From an uncultured delta proteobacterium (lineage in GTDB: Bacteria > Desulfobacterota > Binatia > UBA9968): DNA of 64,000 nt. Below are positions 41,074 through 51,647 of this stretch, in pieces. Made by a program: the position numbers and the translations under genes. The notes beneath the pieces were generated by a model, which had not been told where the DNA came from, searched no databases, and saw only the letters and a list, made by a program, of their open reading frames with translations. Position 1 is the stretch's first letter, and each line of letters starts with the position of its first letter. The stretch covers positions 64,001 to 128,000 of the forward strand of contig CAVXEP010000020.1 in the NCBI GenBank assembly GCA_963760795.1, read 5' to 3'.

Positions 41074-41655
41074 CTACTGAACTGCTTTGCTTCGTGCTTT
41101 ACCATAGCGCGCCGGTCGTTCACCGACGAGAAAACCAATCCGCCGCTTCTTGGGCTCCGGTTGTACCATTAGTTTTCGGAGCGCGTCGAAAACAACCTTG
41201 AACTGGTTGTCATATTGGCGTTCCATGGCGGCGAGCTTGCGCGCCAGCTTGGCGTGTGACGCTAACAGTTGGCGCAAGCGCGCAAAGGTCCGCATAATCT
41301 CGATATTGACCTTTAGTGCGCGCTTGCTTTTTAGCACGCTCGACAGCATCGCGACGTCCTGTTCCGTGAACGCATAAGGTACAGCCCGGCGTACTCCGCC
41401 CCAACTTGAAATCACAATTTGTGATTTCAAGTTGGTAAACTCCGCCTTACTGAGTTGAAACATGAAATCCCCCGGGGAGCGATCGAGATTGCGCTTCACG
41501 GCCTGCACCAATGCGCGTGGCTCGACCTCATAGAGTTCGGCGAGATGTGTGCTCAACATGACCTTCTTGTTGCCGATAGCCACAATGCGTTGTTCGATTC
41601 GCTCCAGGGGAACAGCTTTGATCTGTCCGGCCATAAGTTCGGGGATATTATGCAA
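41074..41655 (-). CDS. ORF6N domain DNA-binding protein
   Basis: [30 protein letters not shown] ... [26 protein letters not shown]; C-terminal RRIGF. Confidence 0.9.
   Translation of the reverse strand: MHNIPELMAGQIKAVPLERIEQRIVAIGNKKVMLSTHLAELYEVEPRALVQAVKRNLDRSPGDFMFQLSKAEFTNLKSQIVISSWGGVRRAVPYAFTEQDVAMLSSVLKSKRALKVNIEIMRTFARLRQLLASHAKLARKLAAMERQYDNQFKVVFDALRKLMVQPEPKKRRIGFLVGERPARYGKARSKAVQ
41401..41435. repeat. Perfect intragenic palindrome, 17-bp arms, 1-bp centre
   Basis: CCAACTTGAAATCACAA-T-TTGTGATTTCAAGTTGG. Confidence 0.95.
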
Positions 41656-41683
41656 ATAAGCCGCTAGACAGCAAGTCCAAAAG

Positions 41684-41713
41684 TTGACAATACAGCGCTG
41701 CCCCTTGTACTAA
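41684..41713 (+). promoter_or_regulatory. Candidate sigma70 promoter
   Basis: TTGACA-18bp-TACTAA upstream of the VOC gene at 41756. Confidence 0.45.
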
Positions 41714-41755
41714 TGGCTTGGCGCGATTCTGCTATTCCAGTGAGGAGGACATTCG

Positions 41756-42601
41756 ATGCCAACGGAAGCCTCGATTCGCTTCGATCATTTTGCTTACCCG
41801 GTCGACGATCTCGTGAAAGCCGAGGATTTTTACACCGGCGTGCTCGAAGTGCCGATCTATGAGAGACGCGGTCTGCGCGTCATTGACGTGCGCGCCGGCA
41901 CTTTGCCGCGGACGTTTTTGAATGTGGCGGGCAGCCGTGTCGGTATTTTTCTTGGCCGCGAGTCACTGCCGGAAGACAAAGAATTGCATGGCGCGCCGGT
42001 TGTTGGCATTGAAGTCACCAGCGACGGTTTCAAGCGGATTCACCGGCGATTGGAAGAGAAACAGACGGTAAAATTCGACGGCCCGCGACTGCGTGAGAGA
42101 CTAGGCCCTAGAGCGAAATCGATTCTGCTCCAAGACCCCTTCGGCAATCATCTCGAACTGATCGAGAAAGATCGTCCCGCCGCGCATAACGGCTCGGCCT
42201 ATTTGGGCTTGAGCCAGTTGGAATTGGAAGTCACCGACTTGGATCGCTCCGAAGCTTTTTATCGCAACGTCTTCGGTTTGAAAGTACTGGGCCGGGAACA
42301 GGATGCCCTGGGCCGCGAGACCTCCTGCTTGCAATTGCAGAGCGGCCAATGGCTCGTGCTGCACAAAGTGAAAACGCTCAACGAACGCAGCAGCGCTAAC
42401 TATCGCTTCGAAGGGCAGCACTACGCTTTTTTTACACCGACGGCGGACACCCTGAAGCAATTTCGCCAAGCGGTGGCGCGGGAAGGCGGTAAAGTCGACG
42501 CCTTGGAACAGACTCAAGTGCGCAGTGCGACGGCGCACGGACTCTACTTTACCGACTACGACGGCAACCCGCTGCAGCTGCAAGTCGAAGGATCGGAATA
42601 G
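41756..42601 (+). CDS. Two-domain VOC family protein
   Basis: FDHFAYPVDDL..AEDFY...DPFGNHLEL, then LELEVTDLDRSEAFY...HYAF...YFTDYDGNPLQL. Confidence 0.85.
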   Translation: MPTEASIRFDHFAYPVDDLVKAEDFYTGVLEVPIYERRGLRVIDVRAGTLPRTFLNVAGSRVGIFLGRESLPEDKELHGAPVVGIEVTSDGFKRIHRRLEEKQTVKFDGPRLRERLGPRAKSILLQDPFGNHLELIEKDRPAAHNGSAYLGLSQLELEVTDLDRSEAFYRNVFGLKVLGREQDALGRETSCLQLQSGQWLVLHKVKTLNERSSANYRFEGQHYAFFTPTADTLKQFRQAVAREGGKVDALEQTQVRSATAHGLYFTDYDGNPLQLQVEGSE

Positions 42602-42638
42602 GCTTGTTCGGCAATTTATTTTTTGGAGATCACCAGCC

Positions 42639-43740
42639 ATGATGCTAATCTCGGCATTGCTCGCGACCGTTCTGGCGCTGGCGCCGCTGCTTTGCGGTAT
42701 CGACTCAGCAGGGGCGGCCGCCGCGCCTGGCGCCAATGAAAAACTCGCCGCGCTGAAGAAAGGCCGCCCAAGCCGAAGGCATGCTCAATTTGGTCTGGGG
42801 CGAGAATACCTTTCGCGGCCTGCAAGGCGTGCGCGATTTGGTGTCGGGAATGAACAAACAGTTCGGCACCAGTATCATCGCCAACTGGACGCCGGGACCA
42901 AGCCAGCCGCAAATGGCGGCGAAGATCGCCCAGGAGTTCGCCGCCGGCGTGCCGGCGACCTCCGACGTTTATATCGGCGGCTCGGAAACCTATATCGCCA
43001 CGCTGTCGACGCCGCTCATGGTGCTCGATCAGTTCGATTGGGCATCGACTTTCCCGCAGATCGATCCGGCCGCCGTGTCGCTCAAAGGCGCCGCCCTGGA
43101 AATCAGCGGCCGTTTTCCCGGCATCGTTTACAACACCAAACTGATCAGCAAGAACGATGTGCCGAAAAGCTTGAGCGATCTGCTTCAGCCTAAGTACAAA
43201 GGCAGAGTTTCGACCCAGCCCTACTTGTCCTATTTCGATATCTTGGCCGGTCCCAAACAATGGGGACCGGAACGAACCGCCGATTACGTCAAAAAACTTT
43301 CCGGCCAGGTTTCCGGCCTGATGCGCTGCGGCGAGTACGAGCGCGTCGTCAGCGGCGAATTTCCCATCCACGTGCTCGCCTGCGGCGAGGGCGGCGTCGC
43401 GCCGTTCATCGAGAAAGGCGCGCCGCTGGCCTATGTGATCCCGAGCGATGCGGCGATGGTCACACACCGCTACTGCGCCGTGCCCAAGAACGGCAAGGCG
43501 AAGGCCGCCGCCAAACTGTTCTGCGCCTTCTTGATGACCAAGTCCGGGCAGGAGTTTCAGTGGACTGTCGACCGGCAGGATAGCGAGAAGTTCCCCGGCA
43601 CCAGGTACAACCGCCAAATGAAACAGCTCCAAGCCGCCGGCGTCAAACCCCTCGACGTCTCGGTCGACTATGTAATGAGCTTCCCGGTTCTGAAATACGC
43701 CAAGGAGCAGGAAAACATCATCAAAGCCGTGGCGAACTGA
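42639..43740 (+). CDS. Extracellular solute-binding protein (Fe3+-type), one frameshift near 42762
   Basis: Signal peptide in the frame of ORF 42525; IVYNTKL, PKSLSDLLQPKYKG, AAAKLF..FLMTKSGQ. Confidence 0.82.
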
Positions 43741-43790
43741 CGGATCAGCGGTCGCAGTCGCGAAACTAATCTTGGTCAGTAATTGCGACC

Positions 43791-45497
43791 GTGAATCGCC
43801 TGCCCAATCCCGCCATTGTTTTTGCCGCCGCCATCGGTCTGATTATCGGACTGATGCTCGCGGTGGTTTTCTACCTGAGTTTCTACGAAGGTTTGCCGGG
43901 CATTCCCGGTGGATTTCTCACCACCGCGCACTACACCGATCTGCTTAAAGACCAACTGGTTTTTCGTGTCACGATCAACACTGTGATCTACACCGCCACC
44001 GCGATGTTTTTTTCCCTGCTCTTCGGCGTGCTGATCGCCTGGCTGGTCGAACGCACCGACATCGGCGGCCGCAATCTCATCTACACCGGCATGACCGTGA
44101 GCTTGCTGATCCCGACTTTTTTTCCCGCCATGGGCTGGTTGTTTCTGCTCCATCCGCGCATCGGCTTTTTAAATGTCGTCATGCGCCAATTCTTCGGCGC
44201 AGATTTTAGGCTAAGCATCGCCACGCCCATCGGCATGGGCTGGGTCGAAGGCATCACCCTGGCGCCGGTGGTGTTCATCATGGTGGCGGCGAATCTGCGC
44301 ATGGCCGATACGACGCTGGAAGAAGCCGCCAAAGTCGCCGGCGCCAGCGCCTGGCAGCTGTTCAAGACCGTGATCCTGCCGCTGTCAACACCAGCCACCA
44401 TGGCCGCGGCGTTTTACGTTGCCGCCATCGCCGTCGCTTCCTTCGACGTGCCCGCGATCATCGGCCTGTCGAACCGCGTCTACACTCTCGGCACTTTTAT
44501 CTATGAAGATCTGGTGCCGCACCAGGGCTTTCCGCTCTATGGCAGACCCGCGGCGGTGAGCACGCTGCTGATCGCCATCGGCGTTTTGTTATCGGTCTGG
44601 TATCTGCGCGCGATCCGCCAAGCCAACCGATTTCAACTGGTATCGGGGAAAAGCTACCGGCCGCTGCGCTATCAATTGACTGGTTGGCGCTACGCCGCCA
44701 ACCTATTCGTGCTGGGATATTTTCTCGTGGAGCTACTTATTCCGCTCGCTCTGCTCATCTGGGTAGCTTTTCAACCCTATGTCCAGCCGCCGTCGTTGGA
44801 AGCCTTGGCGCAGTTGGAACTCGGCAACTTCGTCCGCGCGCCCTGGGACTTATTTTTTCGCGCGCTTAAGAACAGCGCCCTCCTCGCCCTCGCCGTGCCG
44901 ATCTTGTCGATCGTCGTTTGCTTCATCTATTCCTGGGTGGTGCTGCGCTCGAAAACCCGGCTGCGCTACTTTCTCGACGCCCTGGCGTTTCTCCCCCACG
45001 CGGTGCCTTCCATCGTTTTCGCCGTCAGCGGCCTGTTGCTTTCGCTCTTTGTCTTTCGCAATTTCTTGCCGCTCTACGGCACGTTGACGCTGCTGGTCGC
45101 GGTCCATGTCATCCACCGCCTGAGTTTCGGCACCCGGGTGACCAACGCGGCGATCATCGCCGTCAGCGAAGAGCTGGAAGAAGCCGCCGCAGCCTGCGGC
45201 GCCGGCCGGCGCGATGTCATCTCGCGGATTCTTTTGCCGCTGATCGCGCCGACGCTGATCAATGCGTTTTTCTGGATTGCGCTTTTAACGCTGCGAGAAC
45301 TTACGCTGGCGACCATACTGTTCAGCCCGAACAACATCACCCTGTCGGTGGTCATCTGGAGCTTGTGGAGCTCCGGCCAGCATGGACCGTCGGCCGCCAT
45401 GAGCCTAGTTATGATTCTACTGATGCTACCGGTAATGATCCTCTACTGGCGCGTCGGCAATCGCGTCGGCGGCTCACTGAGCGGAACCAAAGATTGA
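43791..45497 (+). CDS. Iron(III)/thiamine-type ABC permease (FbpB/ThiP-like, fused double permease)
   Basis: Two EAA motifs (LEEAAKVAGA, LEEAAAACGA); many transmembrane segments. Confidence 0.9.
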   Translation: MNRLPNPAIVFAAAIGLIIGLMLAVVFYLSFYEGLPGIPGGFLTTAHYTDLLKDQLVFRVTINTVIYTATAMFFSLLFGVLIAWLVERTDIGGRNLIYTGMTVSLLIPTFFPAMGWLFLLHPRIGFLNVVMRQFFGADFRLSIATPIGMGWVEGITLAPVVFIMVAANLRMADTTLEEAAKVAGASAWQLFKTVILPLSTPATMAAAFYVAAIAVASFDVPAIIGLSNRVYTLGTFIYEDLVPHQGFPLYGRPAAVSTLLIAIGVLLSVWYLRAIRQANRFQLVSGKSYRPLRYQLTGWRYAANLFVLGYFLVELLIPLALLIWVAFQPYVQPPSLEALAQLELGNFVRAPWDLFFRALKNSALLALAVPILSIVVCFIYSWVVLRSKTRLRYFLDALAFLPHAVPSIVFAVSGLLLSLFVFRNFLPLYGTLTLLVAVHVIHRLSFGTRVTNAAIIAVSEELEEAAAACGAGRRDVISRILLPLIAPTLINAFFWIALLTLRELTLATILFSPNNITLSVVIWSLWSSGQHGPSAAMSLVMILLMLPVMILYWRVGNRVGGSLSGTKD

Positions 45498-45508
45498 ACC
45501 GACCTAGG

Positions 45509-46462
45509 CTAGAAATTCTGATAGAGCCTTTCCACCGCCGGCTTGTTCTTGATCAGTTTCAGATCGAACAGTTGATTGACCAACGCTGTCCAGCGCTCGG
45601 CGCTCATTCTACCCAGCTCTTTATTTGGCGTATTGGCGGCGAGGATAAAGGGCTTCTGGACTTCGGCGGATTCTTTCATGGTCTCGCTGTCCATCGCCGG
45701 ATTTAACTTGACCATCCACGCATTGGCAGTTTCGGGCGCGCGCAGGTATTCGCTCCAGCCATCGCGAATCGCGCTGATCAAGTCGCGCACCTGCTTGGGG
45801 TTCTTATCGATATATTGGCGCCGCGCAATCACCACGGTGCCGTAAGGATTGAAACCGGCATCGGCGATGAGAAAGCTCGCCGCCGGCTTGTTCTTTTTCC
45901 TAGCGAGCAAAGGCTCCGCCGTAACAAAGCACTGCTGCGAGTAGTCGGCATCGGTAAGAAATTGCCCGATGCCGCCGGCGTAGGGAACAAGTTTAACTTT
46001 GGCGTTAGGAAATTTGCTTTGAAGAAAAAGCGTGTAGGGCGCGCCGCTCTGAATCGCCAGCTTGCCCGGCGCGGCGAAGACATCGCCAAGCGCTTTGAAT
46101 CCGCGTTCGGGGTGAACCATGATTCCTTGCGGATTGATTTGATAGACGGCAAATAGCGCGACCACGTCGGTGCCGCGCGCTTGCGAGAGCACCACTTCAT
46201 CCGCCGCCGCGATGCCAAACGGTGCTTTTGAATTAGCGACCATCTGCACCACCGGCGTGCCGGCGCCGCCTTCGGTAATCTCGACATTGAGACCGCCGCG
46301 CTTTTCGAAACTGCCGGCGAGCTTGGCGGCGTAAAAACCGCCAAACTCTGGCTCCGCCTTCCAATTAAGCGCGAGCGTTAGCGCCGGATGCTTCGCGCCC
46401 TCGGCCGCCTGAGCCGCAATGGGCAATAAAATCACGGATAGTAATAGGAGGAGAAAATTCAT
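45509..46462 (-). CDS. ABC substrate-binding protein (NMT1/THI5-like)
   Basis: LNWKAEPEFGGFYAA, GLNVEITEGG, FNPYG. Confidence 0.88.
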   Translation of the reverse strand: MNFLLLLLSVILLPIAAQAAEGAKHPALTLALNWKAEPEFGGFYAAKLAGSFEKRGGLNVEITEGGAGTPVVQMVANSKAPFGIAAADEVVLSQARGTDVVALFAVYQINPQGIMVHPERGFKALGDVFAAPGKLAIQSGAPYTLFLQSKFPNAKVKLVPYAGGIGQFLTDADYSQQCFVTAEPLLARKKNKPAASFLIADAGFNPYGTVVIARRQYIDKNPKQVRDLISAIRDGWSEYLRAPETANAWMVKLNPAMDSETMKESAEVQKPFILAANTPNKELGRMSAERWTALVNQLFDLKLIKNKPAVERLYQNF

Positions 46463-47232
46463 GATGACTGCCTTTCTGAGCTATGCCACGATCCCAGGGA
46501 TAGTCCCGAGACAAAATTAACCGCACCGACTAAAACGATACCCAGCAGAGAAGAGATTAGCACCGCCGCGAACACTCGATCAATTCGTTGTTGGGTGCGC
46601 GCAGCATCGACGACGCTGCCGAGTCCGCCGCCGCCGATGAATTCCCCGACGATGGCGCCGACCACCGCCAGGCCCGATGCAATCCTCAAGCCGGAGAAAA
46701 TTTGCGGCAGGGCGAAGGGGATTTTCAACATCCAGAGCAGTTGCCGCTTCGATGCCGTATACAATTTGAAGAGATCGAGCAACGCCGGCTCGGTCGATTT
46801 CAAGCCTAACAGAGTGCTGGCGATGATCGGAAACACCGAGACAATCGCCGCCGAGGCGATCACGGTGGGCTGGCCGAAGCCGAACCAGATCACCAAGAGC
46901 GGCGCAATGGAAATAATCGGTACGGTTTGAAAAAATACCGCGTAGGGATAAAACGCCCGGCGTGCCAAGTCGGAGGATGACAACGCGATGGCGAACATTG
47001 TCCCTGTGACAAAGCTCAGCAGTAGCCCGGCCAATGCGGAACTCAGCGTCGCCCAAGCCGCCAGCGCCAGTTCGGACCGATCGTCGAGCAGCGATTGCAA
47101 CACTTCGCTGGGCGCCGGTATTAAATACGACGGAACCCAGGCCATGCGGACGACAATCTCCGCAGCGCCGAGGGAAAGAACCAGCGGCAGCAAAGGCGGC
47201 AACCATGAAGCAAAGCGCGCTCTCATTGTCAT
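46459..47232 (-). CDS. ABC transporter permease (NitT/TauT)
   Basis: QTVPIISIAPLLVIWFGFG, GAIVGEF. Confidence 0.9.
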   Translation of the reverse strand: MTMRARFASWLPPLLPLVLSLGAAEIVVRMAWVPSYLIPAPSEVLQSLLDDRSELALAAWATLSSALAGLLLSFVTGTMFAIALSSSDLARRAFYPYAVFFQTVPIISIAPLLVIWFGFGQPTVIASAAIVSVFPIIASTLLGLKSTEPALLDLFKLYTASKRQLLWMLKIPFALPQIFSGLRIASGLAVVGAIVGEFIGGGGLGSVVDAARTQQRIDRVFAAVLISSLLGIVLVGAVNFVSGLSLGSWHSSERQSS

Positions 47233-48014
47233 GATGGCTCTACGCCCACCGGCACCGCGGTACCGACACGCCGGACTTCAGTGATGTATTCCAGCGATGT
47301 GCGCAGCTCGATGTTGCGGTTCTCAGGGAGCGCGATGCTTTGATCGCGGAGCAGCCGCGCCGGGCGCTGGGACAGAACGATGATCCGGTCGGCGAGAAAA
47401 ACCGCCTCGGTAACCGAATGAGTGACAAATAATACGGTCATTTTGAGCGCGCGCCAAATCTCGCGCAGCTGCATTTGCAGCGCGTGACGCGTCGGCTCAT
47501 CGAGCGCGGCAAATGGCTCATCGAGCAGCAGTAAGTTCGGCCGGGTCGTCAAGGCGCGCGCCACCGAAGTGCGCATCTTCATGCCGCCGGAAAGTTCGTG
47601 TGGATAGCGCGCGGCAAACTCGGTCAAGCGTACCCGGCCCAGCTCTTCGGTCGCACGGCCGTCGGCATCCGCCCTGGACCAACCAGCCAATTCCAGCGGC
47701 AATGTAGTGTTGCGCAACACGGTGCGCCATGGCATCAGCGTGGCTTCTTGAAAAACAAAACCGCGCGACAACACGCCACTGGTTACTTCAATCACAAGGC
47801 TGCCGCTATTCGGTTGATCGAGCCCAGCGGTGAGGCGAAGCAGAGAAGATTTCCCTGAGCCGGAAGGCCCGAGCAAAGCGACGAATTCACCGGGCTCGAC
47901 TTGAAAGGAAATTTGGTCGAGCACCAAACCGGTGCCGGCGAACGAGCGCGAAACCGCCTCGCAACGGATTGCCGCGCCGAACCGCTCTTGACCTAGTTGC
48001 AAATCGGCGATCAT
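47229..48014 (-). CDS. ABC transporter ATP-binding protein (NitT/TauT)
   Basis: GPSGSGKS, LSGGM, LLLDEPF, VTHS. Confidence 0.93.
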   Translation of the reverse strand: MIADLQLGQERFGAAIRCEAVSRSFAGTGLVLDQISFQVEPGEFVALLGPSGSGKSSLLRLTAGLDQPNSGSLVIEVTSGVLSRGFVFQEATLMPWRTVLRNTTLPLELAGWSRADADGRATEELGRVRLTEFAARYPHELSGGMKMRTSVARALTTRPNLLLLDEPFAALDEPTRHALQMQLREIWRALKMTVLFVTHSVTEAVFLADRIIVLSQRPARLLRDQSIALPENRNIELRTSLEYITEVRRVGTAVPVGVEPS

Positions 48015-48026
48015 CGACGATGTCGG

Positions 48027-49061
48027 TCAAATCCGCAACGAATAAAAATCAACACAGTTGTCGCGCAGGATAAGTTTTTTGACCTTATCCGAAAGGTCTT
48101 CCCGCGCCTGGAAGTGGGGAATATCGGCGAGAAACTGTTCGAGGGTCGGCCGCTCGTGCGGAAAGTCCGATGGATACATGATCTTTTTCTCAAGGCCCAA
48201 ACCGATAACGTAGGAAAGAATGCGTTCTTCCAATTCGCAAGAAAAGTAGATTGAGCCGTCCTTGACGTACTCGCTCGGGGCTTTGGTCAGTAGCGGTGCC
48301 TGGTGCGGCAACTTCTCATATTTTTCGTCGAGCCGTTCCATCAAATAAGGCACCCAGCCAACGCCGGCTTCGAGGAAAGCGATCTTAAGATCGGGAAAAC
48401 GCACCGGCCCGCCGTCGAGAAGAAAACTGGTAAAATGAATCTGCTGCGCCACAGCGTGTTCCAGGACCAAGATTTTCACGAACGAGTCTAAAATATCGAG
48501 GCCGAGCCCCGCGCTCGACCCGCCATGAACAGCTAACGGCACGTTCAATCGCACGGCGGTGCGATAGAGCGGATCGTACATCGGATGGCCGAGGCCTTTC
48601 GACAAACCGACGGCGGGAATCACCCCGCCGACCATTTGCAAATCCTTGACGCAGCGTTCAAGTTCGTCGGCTGCCGCTGCGACATCTTGTATCGGCAGCA
48701 AAGCCACGCCCCAGAGCCGCTCTGGCTCCTGGGCGAGATATTCGCCGTAAAGATAGTCGTTGTAACAGCGCGCCATCACCGTCGCCCATTGGACGTCTTT
48801 GATATGCGCCATGGCGAGACCCATGGTCGGATAGAGTACCGAACCCGCCACGCCGGAGGCATTGAGAAACATCCGCCATCTTTCTAAACAAGGCGTTGGG
48901 TCCGGCGCCTTGCGCGTGCTGCGCGGCCAGCCGTCGAGGGATGGAAACAGCGCGGTCAGCGCGCGCCGCCCCTCGAAGGGCGGCGGCAAATAGCGGCGCA
49001 GCTCGTCGTCGGTCTCCATCACATGGCCGTCGGCATCGATCGGTGCATAACTCGCGTTCAT
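48027..49061 (-). CDS. Amidohydrolase family protein (Amidohydro_2)
   Basis: IDADGHV, VLYPT, AVHG, LEAGVGW, YPSDFPHE, ILRDN. Confidence 0.88.
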   Translation of the reverse strand: MNASYAPIDADGHVMETDDELRRYLPPPFEGRRALTALFPSLDGWPRSTRKAPDPTPCLERWRMFLNASGVAGSVLYPTMGLAMAHIKDVQWATVMARCYNDYLYGEYLAQEPERLWGVALLPIQDVAAAADELERCVKDLQMVGGVIPAVGLSKGLGHPMYDPLYRTAVRLNVPLAVHGGSSAGLGLDILDSFVKILVLEHAVAQQIHFTSFLLDGGPVRFPDLKIAFLEAGVGWVPYLMERLDEKYEKLPHQAPLLTKAPSEYVKDGSIYFSCELEERILSYVIGLGLEKKIMYPSDFPHERPTLEQFLADIPHFQAREDLSDKVKKLILRDNCVDFYSLRI

Positions 49062-49073
49062 CCAAACTCCCTT

Positions 49074-50060
49074 TCACTTACCCCACAGCGATTTGTAGAA
49101 CCCTTCGCTGATAAGCTCCTGCACTAAGCTGTTGTCGTAGAATCGCTCGGCGGTGACATCCTTCGCCTGGGGAATCTTCGCCGCCTCTTGATCGAGCACC
49201 ACCTGCACGCCCTCGCGCTTTACCAGGGGAATCTTCTCGGTAAAGTCATAGGCGTATTTCATGCTGCCTTCGAGCATGCCGGCGTCATCGATCTTGGCAT
49301 ATTTGGTCAGGAGCTTTTTCGCCTCGTCCTTTTGTTGAAACATGAAGTGGGTGGCGCGGCCGAAGGCGCGCAGAAAAGCTTTGGCTTCGCCGCGTTGCTC
49401 GCGCAGATAGCGGCGCGTCGTCGTCAGTCCGGCGATGACAAAGTAAATTCGTTCGTCAGCGAGGTTGGCGATGATCCGGTTTCCCCGTTGTTCGGCGATA
49501 TGGAAACTCGGCGCCGACAACGGCGCCGCGCTGATCGAGCCATTGTTTAATGCCGCGGCCAATTCCGGCATGCCGCCGATCTGGACGATATTAACGTCAC
49601 GGCTGGGATTCAATTTATTTCTTTGCAGATATTCGCGCACGGCGAAATCCGAGGACGAGCCCAATCGCGTAACGCCAATTTTCTTGCCGCGCAACTCCTG
49701 AACGTTGGCGATCTCCGGCCGGGTCATGATGTAAAACCCGGCCACATTCATCACCGCGCCCATGAGGACCAGATCGCCGCCCTGAAGCGTGCTGGTCACC
49801 ACACTGCCGCTGTTGACCGACGAGATCGCCACCTGGCGGGCAAACATCGCCTGCGCCATGGTCGTCGAGCTGGCGATGTAGACGAGCTGAGCGTCGAGCC
49901 CTTCTTTCTTGTAAAACCCCGCTTCTTTGCCGATCCAGAACGGCAAGAACACCGAACTCACCGCCGAGTAGCCGACCACCAGCGGCTCGGCAGACGCATT
50001 TGCCATCGGCATGTGCCAACAAAACATCAAACAGAATAAATATCGTAATGCAGGCTTCAT
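49074..50060 (-). CDS. ABC substrate-binding protein, NitT/TauT family
   Basis: VGYSAVS, GFYKKEGLD, ELRGKKIGVTRLGSSSD, DNSLVQEL. Confidence 0.88.
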   Translation of the reverse strand: MKPALRYLFCLMFCWHMPMANASAEPLVVGYSAVSSVFLPFWIGKEAGFYKKEGLDAQLVYIASSTTMAQAMFARQVAISSVNSGSVVTSTLQGGDLVLMGAVMNVAGFYIMTRPEIANVQELRGKKIGVTRLGSSSDFAVREYLQRNKLNPSRDVNIVQIGGMPELAAALNNGSISAAPLSAPSFHIAEQRGNRIIANLADERIYFVIAGLTTTRRYLREQRGEAKAFLRAFGRATHFMFQQKDEAKKLLTKYAKIDDAGMLEGSMKYAYDFTEKIPLVKREGVQVVLDQEAAKIPQAKDVTAERFYDNSLVQELISEGFYKSLWGK

Positions 50061-50148
50061 AATCGTCGGGCCTTTCCCCCTTGGGCGCAAGCTAATCGGA
50101 ATTCCCCGATTTGGCAATTACCTTTCTGCGCCCACTCCCCACTTTTCA

Positions 50149-50177
50149 TTGACACCAATCCAATTGGGCGATATGTC
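50149..50177 (+). promoter_or_regulatory. Candidate sigma70 promoter of the LVIVD-copCD operon
   Basis: TTGACA-17bp-TATGTC; weak -10. Confidence 0.35.
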
Positions 50178-50239
50178 AAGCAACGTTCGTATTCGAGCGT
50201 AGCGTGCCGGCGGGGAGAATTCGCAGGAGGAGATATCTC

Positions 50240-51647
50240 ATGGGTGTAAAGAAGCTTTTCCAATTAACTCGGTTTAGTTGCGTAATCGTTTTGGCATTGA
50301 GCTCGGCGGCACAGGTGGTCGCGCAGACGCCAATCCTCGGCGGCGCCAAGGAACGCCAGCCAAGCTACGGCGAGCTGGAGAACTTCACGATCCTGTCTTA
50401 CACCGATCTCGACGGCTGGGACCAGGCCGCCGAATTTCGCGTCAGCAAAGACGGCAAACACGCTTATGTTTCCAATTATCAAGGTTTCAGCATCGTCGAC
50501 GTCAGCGATCCGACAAAACCGAAGGTCATCTCCAAGGTCAAAAACAAGCGCCGGCGTGCAGAGCCAGTACATCGACGTTCTCGGTAATACTTTGGTCATC
50601 AATCAAGACGGCTTGCGCGATCCAAAGTTCCCTACTTGGGACGGCGGCATCCGACTTTACGACATCACCGATCCGGCCAAGCCGCGCGAAGTGGGATTTT
50701 TCAAAACCGACGTCGCGCCGCGCCGCGGCGTCCATGGTTTCTGGCTGCATGAAGACCCCAAACAGGGAAAATTCGCTTTCATCGCGACTACCATGGAAGG
50801 CTACTACGACCAGATCCTCTTGATCGTCGATATTAACGACCCGGCCAGTCCCAAGGAAGTGGCGCGCTGGTGGTTTCCCGGCCAATGGACCGCGGGCGGC
50901 GAAAAGCCCGGCGACAACTGGGTCGAGCCCGACCGCGGCCTGCGCGAAGGGCTGCCGAAAATCTGGGTCGCGCTGCACGACGTAACAACCTACAAGGATC
51001 GCGCCTACCTAGCGTACCGCGATGAGGGAGTGATCATTCTTGACATCAGCGATGTGCGCAAACCGACTAAGATCAGCCAGATCAAGTGGTCGCCGCCCGA
51101 GGAAGGCAATACCCACAGTATCGGCATCGTCATTCCGTCCCACGGCGGCAGACCCGATGTGATTATCGCCGGCGATGAAATCACTCAACCACAGCAATGC
51201 CCGTTCGGATACATGCATGTTCTCGACGTCCGCAACGAGAAAAATCCGGTGCAGATTTCCACCTTCCGGCTGCCTCTCAACCGCTTTTGTCCGCCCGACC
51301 GGCCCGGCCGGCGCTTCGGCATCCACGATATCGAGCGGATGATCAAGGGCAATATTGTTTTTAGCGCCTGGGAAAATTCCGGCTTTTGGGCAGTCGACAT
51401 TTCCGACCCGCATCAACCGAAAGCCGTCGGCCACTTCGTGCCGCCCGTGTTTCGCCGGGTGAATTCCGACGCAGGCCATGCCGATGATGTGTTTGTCCAC
51501 GATAATGGCTTGGTTTTCTTCAGCTCCTCCGATCCCGGCGGCGGCTTTTGGATCACGCGCTACACACCAGGCGTGAAAGGCACGGTCTCCTGGACCGAGG
51601 ACAACAAAAATGTGATCGTCAAGTATGACAAGCGGCCGGAGAATTGA
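50240..51647 (+). CDS. Secreted LVIVD-repeat beta-propeller protein, one frameshift near 50547
   Basis: ATG after AGGAGG, signal peptide; repeats IVDVSDP, LYDITDP, IVDINDP, ILDISD, VLDVRN, AVDISDP. Confidence 0.85.

Noticed and set aside
41074-41655. Prophage indicated by the ORF6N (antirepressor-like) gene
   Set aside because: No phage structural, replication or integrase genes nearby.
42616-43632. Long antisense or alternate-frame ORFs (also 22702-23652, 7576-8331, 51009-51812 and others)
   Set aside because: They fully overlap well-supported genes, show no motifs, and are expected in GC-rich DNA.
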